Assembly (NCBI GenBank): GCA_015680685.1
Contig: MNCI01003141.1
Span: 4,404 to 68,403, forward strand
DNA length: 64,000 nucleotides
Reading direction: 5' to 3'
From: Gnetum montanum
Taxonomy: Eukaryota; Plantae; Gnetophyta
A program made the translations under genes and the position numbers. Shown in pieces: positions 28,130 to 42,022 of this stretch (its first letter is position 1; each line of letters opens with the position of its first letter). The notes below the pieces were generated by a model. That model made no database searches. It was not told the DNA's origin and saw nothing but the letters and a program-made list of their open reading frames with translations.

Positions 28130-31100
28130 ACCATGTTGCCTCTTACCTTCATTGGTGAAGGTCCTAGCCAGTAAGCCATGAGGATCTATGACCCCAAAGA
28201 CCATGCTATCATCAAGTGTAGGAAATATTTGAGGGTTAGGGAAAAATTCTTGATTTTGTAGCTATACATGAAGACCAATATAATTACATTTGTGGCAACA
28301 TATAGGTTGGCATGCTAATTCCATGTTTGGAAGTAGAAGCCAAAAGGGAGTTTGAACTCATCTACCACAATGGTAAGGATTACATCCCTTTCCCCTATGA
28401 CCAAATACCTTTAACTAATATCTATGTGGGTATTCTAGTCCAATTGATTAAGATGGAGGAAGAATATGACAAGCATAGCTTAGAGGAGCAACAAAAAGAG
28501 GAAATTGAATTTAGGGTAAAATTTAAGCCTAAAAACATCCTAGGGGGATTGTTCCAACAAGAAAATCCCAAGGCCACTGAGCCTTCCCCTCATGCCTTTG
28601 TTTCCTCCATGGACGTGGTACCGTCATCTTCCACTCCCTTCTACCCTACCACAACTAATTCCATACTAGTCATAGCCACATATCAAACTCAATCAATGCC
28701 ATAGCCCATGACCTATAATCCATTAGTGCCTTTTTCCATAAAAACCTAATCTGTACAACCATCGATAGTGGTTTTCACCACCATACATCCATTGACCAAC
28801 CACATGGGATCCATAATGGGGCCTTCACCAAATCAGGGGTCACACACCCCCTTCATCTTATTTGTGCCATAAGTACTAGCATAAACATCCTTTTCATTGT
28901 TTATCCCACAAACTGTAGCCATAACATAATCACTTCCTTCCATTTTGCAATCCATAGTGTGGCCACAAGTCTCACAGCAAATGCCACAACCATATGTGCA
29001 AGCTTCATAGCTAATAGGGCCACCCAAAAACTAGATCAAGCATTTCAGATGATCCAAGACCTAACAAAGAAGTTATAGAGGATTAAAGCCTCTACATCCC
29101 AGAGTGTCAAGATTATGAATTTCTACTAGGATGATCCCATCAATCCTATGGTTCCACCCTTGACACTTTCTCATGGTGTCGCTATTCCCCAATTTATCAA
29201 GTATAATAGAGAAGGTGATCCCAATACTCATCTTATTACTGTTCAATATAAGTTATTATTCTTATAGCCATGGTGTCATATCCTCATGAGGATTTTTCCT
29301 ATGTTCTATACTGGAAAAGTACTTGATTGGTATCACACATTACCTAGAGGATCCATATCCTCTTTGGAGGACTTGATAAACTAGTTTGTCAACCACTTCA
29401 AGTATAACTTGAAGTTCAACACCATGCTTGACCAACTCATGAAGGTTAAGGAGGAACCCCTAGAACTTGTACAAAAGTTCATTCAATGGTGGAATGGATT
29501 GCTAAATGAAATACTAGAACCCATCACTAAGGCCCATCTTTTAGCGATATTCAAGGGGAAAGTGAACAATTTTATGAAATCAAAACTCTATTATCTTGAT
29601 CTGTGGTTCCTTAGCTAAGCATTTTCTCAAAATAAGAATATAGAGGATGTTGTAGAGGCTAGTCATGACCTATCCTACATAGCATATAAAAATTAACATA
29701 CACATAGAGACAAGGAAAAGAACAAAAAAAACAATGTATCTGTAAGAATAGTGACCAAAGAAGCAAAGACCACTAACCAAGGGTCAAGGAACAAACCACC
29801 TAAGGCCCCCACTAATAACCATGATAGCCAACCATCGACATCTAGGGCCACTACATCAACTACAAATAGACCAAATTTTGAGTGAAAATATAGAAGCAAA
29901 TGCACTACCTTGCCTTTTAAACCATTAGAGTTACTAATCAAATTTTGAAGAGTGGGCATATGCAATACAAATAGATGATCAAAGTTACTTGAAAGAAACA
30001 TAAGCATCTATGTGAAATATACAAGGACCCCACTTGAGCAACAAAGGATTATCCAAAACTACCTATGTACTTCAAGCAAGACTACTTTTTCCATTATTAT
30101 CAACTGCCTGATCATGACACAGACTTCTACCTTGCACTAAAGGATGATGTGCAAAAGATGGTAGATAGGAAGGAGCTAGTATTAGATGCTTCCAACCTAG
30201 TTCAACCATAAAATTAGTTGACGTAGGTTACAAAGACCCATTGAATGCTAATGATGTTCCTTATGTTATTTTAGCATTCAACATTGATGATGATCAGAGA
30301 TCCTCAAGAGAACCATTCATGATTTGAGTATCCCCTTGCAATGAGAGGGCTTCTTTAGCTTCCACCAACTCAAGATATCCCTTTGTCATAAAAATACCAT
30401 CATGAATGCATCTAAAGGAACCTTTTGTCATTAGGGTGCCCAAGCCTAACAAAACCCAACCAACCATAGCCCAACCAACCACATAACGACCTCTTGTGGT
30501 GGCCAATGCTACTACTTTTCACTCACAACCAATGATTAATAACTAGAAAATCTCAACCAAGCAAAGGAAGAAACATAAGAAAAAGCCTAACAACAAGGGT
30601 GATAAGTTGATAGAGGCAGAAGAGGAACTGGGACCACCAAAGCCCACTCCCCTCTCAGCTATACCCATGACCTCCTCTACCCAACATGTTCTAACTAAAA
30701 GGCCATAGAAGAATACCAAAATCCATAACTAGAAGAATGAGGGAAATCCTTAGCAATAATAACCTAACACCAAAGTTTAGATTTTGGGGTGCATGGAGGA
30801 AGTGAAGCAAAACCAAGGCAAGTAGCCTACAAATGATGATAAAACTTCCTTAGTGTGATGGATTAGGTTAGATAATCTCTTAAGCAAAAGAATACAACCT
30901 TGAGCTTATATGACCTGATCATGACTTTTGCCACACATTGTGAGGCATTAGTCAAAATGTTAACTTCCATCCCTATTAGTAAGGAAATCCCTACTGATGA
31001 GGAAGCCATCCATGCAGTGCTAGTTCCTATGTCATCAAGGGAAGAAAAATCAACATCCTTAGTATTTTTCCATAGCAAAATCAAGGTTAATCGCTAAAAT

Positions 31101-31760
31101 GGTGAAGTAACTAGGGCTCCTCTATTCATAACCATAAATGTAGGGTAGTTTAAAGTGCATTAGATGCATGTTGATAATGGAGTCATAACAAATTTCATCT
31201 CATGCACCATTGTTGTGTGCTTGGGCTTGATCGAGCAAATACAACCTACAATAACTGTAACTCTTAAATCCTTCAATAGATCAAGGATTACTATCAAGGG
31301 GTTCATTTCCTTGGATTTTGTGGTTGGAAAATAATTCCCCATAACTTCCAATTTCTTAGTGATGGAAAAGACACTAGGGTTTAGCCTTATTCTAGGAAGA
31401 CCATGGTTGGATCAATTTTGGACCATTTTCTCAACCACCCATCAAGAAATTCATCTTCCTTACAAGGAAGGTAAAATGATCATTCATAGTGATAGCATGG
31501 TTCCCTTGGCTATCAATAATGTGAACATAGAATAGGGATTTGAAGTGGAGCTTCAAGAAGAAGCTCCTAGCCATGAAATTCCTCAACCCAAGAGGGAACA
31601 AAAAGCCAATGATGATAATGATAGGAAATAGAATGTGTTATGGGATGAACTCCCTTTCAACATCATCAATGAAGGTGATGGTAAATATAAGCTTGTGTAG
31701 AGTAGACCTTATTCATTCTCTAATCTTTCAAAGATTAGGAAAAATCTACATAGGTGCAGT
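28130..31760 (+). pseudogene. gag: Element B gag-protease (heavily decayed)
   Basis: KYNREGDPNTHL, GKVLDWYHTLPRGSI, LDQLMKVKEEPLELVQKFIQWW, MHVDNG, LILGRPWL, WDELPFNIINEGD (matches C WTELPFNVISEGD). Confidence 0.8.
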
Positions 31761-32029
31761 GCACATTAACCTTTACATGCCCTTAAAACTAGATGCATCA
31801 ATGTCCATGTAGCCTAATCTTTCTTTCTTAATTTATTATACCTTTTTATGTATTTTTTTCACCCTTTATGCATGCAACCTAAGTTTCTACTTTCATTTGC
31901 AATTTTACTTATATATATTACAATGTTTCTTTTTATTTACTTTTACTCATGTCATAAACATAAAAAAGCCTTAAAAACTTTAAAACATATAATCACCAAA
32001 AAAAAATATAGGTTTCTCTTCAATAAAGC

Positions 32030-32250
32030 CTTGGTATGGCCTTAAACTAGAATCATAGCCTACTATGGCCTTAAACTAGCATCATAGTATACTAAGACTT
32101 TAAATTGGCAATACAACCCACCATGGCCTTAACTTCGCAAAAACAACATGGCTTGCCATGGCCTAAAATTGGTAAAAACAACATGGCCCATCATGGTCTA
32201 AAAGTGGAAAAATAATATAACTTGCACTCACTATGGCCTAAAACCAGTAA
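32030..32250 (+). repeat. Tandem array after gag-PR of element B (TGGCCTTAAACTRG core)
   Basis: About 7 copies at ~30-bp spacing, same core as the arrays in A. Confidence 0.8.
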
Positions 32251-32536
32251 ACATGTATTTTATTACATTTATCTTTTACACACATCACTTAGCCATTTGA
32301 CTTTATAGCCAAAATCATCAACATAGGCATTCATAATGCTTAGTAGAACAATATATATAGTCAAGAATAAAATCAAAATTTAAATTTAAAGTGTCTATAA
32401 CATACATAGCCATGGCCATATCGTGTGGTAAAATGTCCAAAAACTAATAACAACCATATACGACATAGTCTTAGCTAACAACAACCATTAACATAAAAAT
32501 AAAAACAAATAGCCAACAAGAGGGTGATGGAGATTG

Positions 32537-33415
32537 TTAAGAGGCATTTTCAAAAGGAAGTGGTGGGTCATTCACACCCTCACTATTGGGGCCACTAATG
32601 TCTCTTGATTCCTAAAATACAACAACACATAACTAGTTAGTAACCAATAGCCAAAACCATAAATGAAGACTAAAAATATAAAACATAAAATATGTCAAAC
32701 CTATGGAGACTCCAACTCCATAACTTATAGGGGTAGATGTGGAAGGCCTTCATCAAAACAATGGAGGATATGGTCCTCCATCATGTAGACCCAATCAACA
32801 TCCCTAAGATCAATGTTGGAGAGGATTCTAGTCCTGTCTATTGTACTCCATGTAGAAGGCTCTTGGGTAATAATAGGCATAGAGCTCTTACCTACGGTAG
32901 TGGTAATATGAGAAGTAGGGGATTACTCTATCATGAGAGTGCTCTTAAAAATTTTCTAAGAACTCTCCACCTAGATCCCCTAGATGAATATATCTTTCTT
33001 GCATTGTTCAACTAACTCCTCCTTAAGCCACTTGAGGTAGGCACCATGATCCACCTTGAATTTCCACTTGTAGGCCTTTTATTTCTTACCCCGCTCTAGG
33101 ACCCAAGTTTAGTAAGCTTTTCAATCCTTGACCTTCTAGAAGATGAGGTCCATATGCATCTACTATTTTTCCATCTCTTGTAGGATTGCTACTTGATCCT
33201 AAATAACATGGCAGTAGTGGGTCCATGTGATTTCTTTGGTCTACAATTCCCTTGAGTTAGCCAGTGGGGCTTCCACAAAGGCTTTGCAGTCTTGGAGATC
33301 TCTAATTACCTCCTCCTACCATTGAGTCTTCTCTATTAAGGCCAAAAATTGTTCCCATAGGGATTTGTTGGACTTCTCCAATTCCCATGAAGTTTTGGCA
33401 CATGACATTGCTAGA
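32537..33415 (-). pseudogene. Last two exons of the antisense accessory gene in element B
   Basis: Exon 7 end PSTWSTIDRTRILSNIDLRDVDWVYMMEDHILHCF (C: RPTYSAINKGKTLADVDL..DWDSVSEEEILRRL); donor at 32700; exon 8 32611-32537 ESRDISGPNSEGVNDPPLPFENAS*. Confidence 0.75.
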
Positions 33416-33416
33416 N

Positions 33417-36400
33417 GCAATATTGGGTATGAGATATCATGACTCCTGTGCGAGCCTATAAATAGACATGTAAGCGCAAGGAGTCAGGGAGTTATTTTTT
33501 AGAATTAGTTATTAATTCAGTTAGAAGTTTGTTTTCATTTTTAGCTCTTTTCAACCCTTTCTCCTAGTGCATGATTGCAGTGTGATGATTGTAATTGTAC
33601 GACACCTTTATTCAAGTGTGATGTACTTTGACATGCACATGACTAGAAATAAAGATCAAGATTACTTCATCATTGTAGCGTTCACTTAGTTTAATTATTT
33701 AATTTTTTTCTTAATTAATACTTATCTACCCTCAACTCCTATTAAACGCAGAATGAATATTGCTTAATCACGAGCATTTAAGTATGACTACTTGGTAACC
33801 TAGTAGTGTACCTAGGATTTGCGCTTGGTAATCCTAGTAGTAGTCATGCACAAGGTCCAAGATGTGTATGGATGATTAAGGAACATATTCTCATCACACT
33901 TAGGGTAGTTTAGACTCTCTCCTCCCATGTCCTATTACCTTTGCTCTCTCTCCCTTTTCCTCCTAGCTTAATTAAAGTGATTTTCCATTGCCTATAGGAG
34001 TAGCACTAGGTTAGAAACCACATCATACACCTCACTTTGGAATAAACCATATGTGAAAAAGCATTTACTAGTCCAGGTGGGAATATAGTGGACTACGATT
34101 AACAAGTAACTATATAGATACCATATTTAGCCCATCTAGGGAGTTCAACCAAATCATGCGTGAAACACTTGTATCTGTATGGTTGAGTGTAGGGGTACCT
34201 CACCACTCATCATTGGTGTTGTTGCTGGGGATGGTGCTAGTTATTTAGATTAGTTATATCATACACGATTGGTATAATGATTATTAATGATATCTCATTT
34301 AGAAAAGAAATTAAATTAAATTTAGTTAAGTCACACACCACCCATAACAATGTCTCTCTCACAAGACTCTGACAACACAACAATGAGTAAGGCAATTCAT
34401 TAGAAAACCAACAAATTATATGATGATGAAGATAGATTTTGGAGTACTCAACCTTATGTAGGAGTCTTGTACATTCATGAACACCCCAATGATACTAAAA
34501 AAATTTCATCATCCAACTCTGACACCTCTATTAAGGACGAGACATCCCATAGAATGAGGAGGCCCAAAAGGCCTAAGACCTTCTTAATGACTAAAAAGAA
34601 CATATTTGGGGATGATTAGAAGACCTACAAAATTCATAATGAGTTTTACATTTCCCTCTCTTCCTCTACTCTTTCAACATCAGATTGTGACATAGATGAC
34701 TATCTTTCAAGGGATTGGTGTAGAACTAAAAATTAAGCTCACAAAGAAAATCGAGAATGCCAACATGAACAAGGACAACATTGTCCCAATGCACAAACTC
34801 ACAACCCACTTAGTGACGATGAACCCTTGTTGGCCACTAAGAGCCTAATTCCTATACAAGAGGCCATTCAAATATCCCATAGGCATCACAAGGAAAACCG
34901 TCTACCAAGGCTTGACTTAAACAACTTTCCTAATTTTTCTGGAGGCTATGATTTAGATTTGCAGCATCATCTATAAGCATTCTACGATGCCTATGTATGG
35001 AAGAATATTGACAATGGGTGGAAAAAACTTAAGCTCTTTCCTATGACACTTATTGACTAACCAAAAGTATGGTATAGATCATTAAAACCAAAATCAATCC
35101 GTAGTTGGTCAACAATTGTAGAACTCTTTACTAAACAATATCAAACCTATGATAGAGTGTCGGCCTTGAGGAGACAAATCCAAGAATGAAAACAAGAGCA
35201 ACATGAAACCTTCTACATGGCCTTAGAAAGATATTATGCATTATTAAACAACTGCTAAAGCCATGGATTCTCTGAGGAGAGGCTAATGTATCACATCATG
35301 GATGGGCTTTGTAATGAAAGAAGGGAAACCTTAGGGATGTATGCCCAAGGTCAACTATATGAGTTACAAACCCATTAACTCAAAGAGCTTATGAAATGGG
35401 TAGAAAAATAAGAAGGGGAAATGGATACATGAGAGAATGTTGGAAACTCTTAATAGGACCAAAATATTGAATTAGAAAAGGTCCATAACCATAAAGAGGA
35501 GAAATCAACTCACCTTGCCGAAGTGCAACCATGTCTACCTTTTCCAGTGCAACAATCACTAGATGAAATCATGACAAATATTAATAAGATGATGTAGTGG
35601 GTGCATGGAAAATATGGAGAATATGCTAATAATAGTAGAGGCACAACTATGCCAAATCAAGAAATAGGACAAGACACCATGCAACAATCAGAACAAAGTG
35701 TAGAAGATAATAAGAATAAGAACTCAACTACCAACTTTACATATCAATGCAATGTCTGTCTGTATGATCACCTCAAAGGCCAATGCCTAGTTTTGGCACA
35801 TTTACATGAGCATTTGGGAGGAATGTTACATCTAGATTTCATATAGAAATATCCAATTCAACCATAGTGGAAAAAGCCCTAGTCGTGGGGGAGGCCATCG
35901 CCAACCCGACCATATCCTTTGTATGTCCCAACGCCAAATGCTTACTATGGTCAACACCATGTTTCTCCAATCGGATCATTATCCTCTACTTTACCTCATT
36001 GTTATCATTCTCTAGAATACTATCCACTCATATCCTCTCTAATAAGGTCACCACCTCATGTACCTTACACTTTTCCTCAACAATAATATTCTCATCCTTC
36101 ATCTCATTCTACATTGCCACTAATTATACCTGAGGGCTTTGCACTGCAGCATCAACCCATGAATGTTACTTGTGATACTATTAATAATAGTAGTGAAAAC
36201 CCACCACACCAAAGGCATCCCTTATTTAGATATGATCATTGAAAGGGACACCTTATTTCCAAAACCACTACATCCTCCAAGTCAGCACAAGTTTAACATT
36301 GTAATGCATCTTCCTCTTCGAATCCAACACCTCATGTTACCTTATCAGGGCCACCACTCAATACTCCAACAACCATGGGGCTCAATGAATATAGCCACAT

Positions 36401-39400
36401 GGGGAGACATGTTGATCCTTGCATACCATCTTACCGTCATAAGTACCATAGTGGGTCAACCCATCATAAATTAACCACATCTTATAACTTGCCCCACTAT
36501 GTCAACTCTAATCAAGTGTGTGAACCCCAATGAGGTAAGTATGAATAGGTCCCAATATTTCTAGCATGCAAGGATGCTAACTTTCCATTTATTAATTCTA
36601 GCCATGTTAAACCATTTAGCTATGGGGGGTATCCTCCATTCCAACAACACAGAATTAAGAAATTTTTTTCTGTTTCTTTAATTTTTCAACATTTTGTTTT
36701 CTAGTTTTTCCTATTTTAATTTATTGCTTTATCTTTCTATCTTTTTATCTTTTTATGAGTAATCCCATCTATGAATAAAGCACTCATGTGACTCATTGGT
36801 TGAGATGTTGTTCTCTGCTATCAAGTCTCAAGTGACTAATTACATGAACAGTGAGCCCACAACATCCACCTACCCATTTCATTAATAAGAGGTTCTACCT
36901 TGGGTGTAGTGATATTCCTAATCATTAAAAATCAAAGTAACCTTGTGTTTATTATACCCAGAGTGAAGAAGAATGGACTAAGTGGGAATGACCAGGGTGT
37001 GACATCAAGGGGACTTGTGGATTCTCTTTGGTGACATCTGTAGGAATTATCATGTAGCTTGGTTGTACTAAGATCCTTGTAGATCTAATGAAAAATCAAA
37101 TTAAGAGTAATCAAAAGGCACTCAATCAAGGAAACTCAATGCTATTCTAGGGGGTTCCATTGGAAAGACATGCACCCATGCCTAAAGGTAGATGGCTTCT
37201 CTAGCTTAAGCATTCATAAAAAAAAAAGAGAAAAGAGAAGAAGAGTGCCACAAATCAAAATTACTCCTCCATTGTATGAAATGTCAAGTGATCATACGCC
37301 TTTCCATCATGATGCTTTCATTGTTGTCCATCATTGGGATGAAACAATGTGATGTCACTGATCAAAGGAATGGACTTGGTCCTGATTTTTAAGCCACAGG
37401 TTAATGACACATTAATCATGCCTTATACTAAGGATTCATTGTGCCCTAGGCTATTTACCTCATGTCCCAATCTCTACAATCCCTTCAAAAATTCACCTCA
37501 TCTCACTGTTCATAAATTTGTGACTCATGTCTTGTGTAGCATTAAATTCATACCTCATCATGGTGGTATCTACTTGTGTGTGTTTTGTAGAACTAGTGTG
37601 GATTACATTTAACCCTTCTAGTGCCTATGGACATTTTAAGGTGTGGTTACACAAGGGCATTATAGGTTGGAATCTACTTTGGGGAGGACCCAGTTGCATA
37701 ACCCTTGTAATCTACACTCACAACACATCATCATCATATCATTTTATACCCTCCAAGAATTACAATACTCTTTCCCTCATTATCCTTCTAGTATAAATGT
37801 TCCTATGAACTGACACATGTCCTTTCTCCTCATCTGATTCATGCATTCCATTGCCAGATTCTACAACATTATATTTTTTCTACCTTCAGGACTATTTAAT
37901 ATTACCTTGGACCTTTTACACCGACTTCATGTCCTTCATTTGTGAGTTTAGAATTTTAGAAATTTATCAATTTTTCTAAGTACACTACTTTAAGAAAGCC
38001 ATGATATCGTGTATGCGATATTGTGTTGGATGTGATATCATGGTTGTGCTATCACATACATGATATTGCATCACATAGAACTATATATATGCACCCTCCT
38101 CCCCCGGTGCACATCAACATCATTTTCAACTGTTCATGCAAGGGAATTTTTTAAATTTTCTTCTACGACTCGCAGCTTGCGCACCTCTTATTCAAATAGC
38201 CATAACTCCCTCCATAGCTCTCTGATTCTTATTCCAAAAGAACCTACTTGAACCTGGAGTGTTCAGCATAGTCATGGGGAGGGGTACACTTCAAATTGTA
38301 TATAAATTTTTCATCATCTAAAGGATATTATAAAGGGTAATTGATTACAAAAAATGATGATAAACATGTGCCAAAAATAATCTTATCTCCTCACCTACAC
38401 CAGGAAATTAAATTGTAAACCCACCTTATCAAATTAAGGGGCCCAATATTAAAACTTTTAGGGAACATTTCCACAAGATTTTCTAACTTTGGATCACATA
38501 AAATAAGAAATGAATTCATTAAGGAAAAATTAAGTTATAACTTAAATTTTGTAAACAAATTTACTAATGGTCAACCTTGTGTGATTGCAGATGGTCCCTA
38601 AATATGGACAACAAGAAGGATCCTCTCAAGGTGTGTCCAAGGGACCCAGGAGAGGCAGAGGATAAGCATATACCAAACAACGTGCAGAGTAGGAGGCATA
38701 ATCATTTAGCATCCATCAAGAGATTATTGCTACTGCATAGTCAGGACAGGTGGAAGGAGGAGTTGTTGAAGCACCTGAATAGGGAAAAAACCTCATGTTG
38801 TCCTTGGACTGTGTCCAGGCTATCTAAGAAAGGTCCACGTCGGTAGTTGTGACCATGGAATTAAAATTTGGACCTTTCATGGAATTCACTCCTGAGGTTG
38901 ATAGGGACCAACTCAAAGGATCTCCATTATGGCCTATCCTCTCTGAAAGTGGTACCTGGTACTTAGGAGAAATGTACCAATTTTGGCATAATAAGGAAGA
39001 AGGCATCACAGTTGACATTTATGGTGTGTCTATAGATTTTTCCACCAAGGCCATCTCGGAAGTGTTGAACCTTCTGAATATATGGCCAAAAGTTGCTCAC
39101 CTATCCACTCGCTTTGATGCTGATGTGTGAAGAGTTTGGTTCAATAGGACATATGACAAAGAGGACAAGACATATGAAGAGTTGACACTGGAAGAAAGGA
39201 TATACTTCAAGATTGGCACTTATCACATATTCTCCACAAGAGGATTAAAAAGAATCTCAATGTATGCGGTAAGAGGAAGTGTAATATTGATGGGAGAGGC
39301 TAATGCTAACCTTCCTCATCTGTATCTCATGGAGATCTTGAGATGATTTGAAGAATGCAAGACAAGGAAGTTTGCATTGTCCTTCCCTTGTCTCATCAAG

Positions 39401-39830
39401 AGGTTGTGCAAATGTGCTAGTATTTTGGGGTACACCAATGATGTTCCCAGAAGATCCCAAAATGCTTCATTTGCTGAAGTACTAAAGCCACCAGCCCCAA
39501 GGAAAAGTGTTGGTGAGACATTGGAACTAGAGCAAGAATAGACAATGGGGCTCACTGCAACTAAAATTGTAGGGCCTAGCCAACTTCCAAGCATAGGCCC
39601 CAGTTAACAAGTAGGGTCCAACATGAGCCAACGAGACCAACTGTCACCACTATCGTAGGATTATTGATCGTCGATGAGCCATCTTAGGACCATCGTCAAG
39701 ATAGTTAGTTGGGAAAGTCGTGATGATGTTAATCTCTTCTGCATCATTAATGACATCATACAACCCACAGTTTCTATTGATCGTGCATGGGGCGAGCTGT
39801 CCATCCAAACAGGAGGAGGGGAAACTCATT
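33417..39830 (+). mobile_element. Element E: Athila-type element lacking pol (LTR part, PBS, gag, extra ORF), 3'-truncated
   Basis: LTR ends CTCATCA at 34212; PBS TGGTGTTGTTGCTGGGGA (tRNA-Asp type) 34214-34231; gag ~34350-35850 homologous to D; no RT/RH/IN seen; extra ORF from 38591. Confidence 0.75.
38591..39700 (+). pseudogene. Athila 3' extra ORF ('env-like'/Transposase_32-like), decayed
   Basis: ttgcag|ATG acceptor; FWHNKEEGITVDIYGVSIDFSTKAISEVLNL resembles the V.G..i.fs..aI...l.l motif of Athila extra ORFs. Confidence 0.6.
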
Positions 39831-39849
39831 AGTCACAACAGATTTTAGG

Positions 39850-41152
39850 GAACGCTGCATCTTTCCAGGTGCAATTGCAATTTGCAAAGTTAGATTTCAA
39901 CATTGTTCAGGAATGTCACCAACAAGGAGTTAAAGCAGCTTTCAAGGTGCCATAAATCATAACAGAATGCCAAATTAAAAATTGTTTCATCTAGCTTTTT
40001 TAGAGTTTTACTATTTAGCTTGCCCAAGAACATGATTATTTTGTACACTAGTTGGTGGAACGATTCCTAGGTATCAAAGCTGAGCTTTTACCTACATAGA
40101 CTAGTGGAATCATACTTAGTTCCTGCATTAGGTCTATACGATCCAGGAATCTCAGATCTTCGTCCTAGCCTGGCTAAAACTACAAAACTGGTATATATCA
40201 TGGACGACATGTAGAACACCTACGCTGATGCGGAGGAGATTCCTGTCATTACAGAGGCAGTGGCACGGTAAGAGCAAATTTCTTCCTGATTAAATATTTA
40301 GAAGCACATCGATTTCAAGAGTTAAAAATATAAGGTAACTCGGGGGGCAAAATGCTTTCCAGGTTCCATAATTTGAACGACCAGATCCAGTATCCTGTAC
40401 GCACAGTGTTTTCTGTTTTCCTGCAAACGGCCTGTATGTTGAATCGCCGATGTGTTCAGAAGCACGGTAGATGTGTGGAAAAATATCTTCGTCAAATGGT
40501 AACGACCAAATAGCTTGCGGGGAACAAAGATGCACACTTGCCGACGGTGGATGAGTAGCTAAAAAATGGTGCCATGAGCGTAGGAATGTGGCCTCTCTAT
40601 TTTACTGGAAAACTTCTAATATACGATTCATTACCTCCTCAAGTCTTAGAAAAGCCGATTCCAAGAATGTCAGAGTTCGATGAATTGTGTGGAAAAAGCT
40701 GCAGGCTGGCCGATGAGGTGAAGGTTTTATGTATTGAGCTAGAGCAGAAACAACATTTCAGAATTGTAGATTTGTATCATGATTATTATCCAATAATTTA
40801 ACTACGGTATTTTGTATTTATCCTTTTGGATTTTCAAGAGTCCAAGAAAGAATTATCAGCTGTGAAGTGCTGGCACAGCTGGCTAAAACAGCATTCAGGC
40901 TGCAACAAAGAAGATTCTTTGGTGCATTTAAGGGCGATGCTGAGGGAAAATGCAAGGAAACTCGCAGAGGCATATCTTGGAAAGGAAGAAAAAAAGGAAA
41001 ATAAAATGTCTGCCAAGAGACCAGTGTTCGCAGAAGCTTTCACTTCTTTGCAGAAGCTTTCACTTCTTCTATGCCCATGCAGACGGTTTTACCCACGCAA
41101 ACCACAACTTGAACGATCAAATTCATCTTCTTTATTTGACCCAGTAATTTAG
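39850..41152 (+). pseudogene. TPS: Terpene synthase pseudogene, C-terminal alpha domain (gymnosperm TPS-d-like)
   Basis: AKLDFNIVQECHQQ(+1)ELKQLS | WWNDS*VSKLSF..HRLVESY..IMDDM*NTY..EAVAR (40052-40267; DDxxD destroyed) | exon 40363-40498 | PTVDE*LKNG..RLADE | ..KQHSGCNKEDSLVHL..RSFHFFYAHADGF..LFDPV*. Typical TPS intron positions; 5' exons not seen. Confidence 0.9.
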
Positions 41153-42022
41153 CTTTCTCACAAACACTAAGTTACTGCCGGTGCCAATTTAACCAAGCAT
41201 GGACTAAATTATTGTATTTAAGTAACTATACGGACAGGCAAAGGGTACATGCAGGATATCACATCACTGAATTCTATGTAGCCTTTCAAACTCTATACTT
41301 ACAATGTTTCTTCCTTAATTATTTAGACTTACCTCTTTAATGATCTTCCACACCTTTGTTGGACAAGTTGTGTGAAGGTTTGGTTGTATTTCTTTAAATA
41401 AGAAATAAGGTGTTTGATATGTTGTTGATTTTTTGCAACATGAATTTCATTCTTCTTGTAAGTAAATTCCTTATGTTCATTTCATCTGTAAAAAAAAGAA
41501 AACCTAAAAATTATGTAAAGGAAATGAACTAGGTACATCTATTATATAGATAAACATTAATGATTCTCATGTACCAAGGCTCAAATAAGTTGGGCTTGAA
41601 TTGTTTAGGCTTACCTATTTACCAACATACTACTACCTCTTTCAACAAGTTGTTTAAAGGCCTTGCTATATTTTATTTATTAACAAATATGTATAACATG
41701 TATGATGTTGATTTTTTTAAACATGTAACCCATTCTTGTGGTAATTTAATTCTTATTTCTTTTCTTCTTAATTTTTTTTGAAAAACACAAAAATATAGAA
41801 AGGAAATGAACTAGGTACATCTAGTATACAAACAGAAATGGATGACCTTGTTACACATAGGGCCTAAACAAGTAGAGATTAGAGGCAACAAAAGATACAT
41901 AGTTAATATTCATAGGTACCTATATATCACAAAAAATTAAGACAAATATATGTAGAGATTGTGTAGAGGGGGTGAACATGTGAAAGAGAAGCATATTGTT
42001 AAGGCCAAAAGCTAATCATTAT

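Larger units (their letters stand above)
27228..33415 (+). mobile_element. Element B: older Tat-clade element (LTR end, PBS, gag-PR, array, 3' part of antisense gene), broken at the n at 33416
   Basis: LTR end CCAGCA at 27374; PBS TGGTGCTAGAAGGAGAG 27380-27396; gag and PR homologous to A; array 32030-32250. Confidence 0.85.

Noticed and set aside
34-41152. Idea that the exons at 34-360 are the 5' part of the TPS gene
   Set aside because: Their peptide shows no TPS motif I can recognise.
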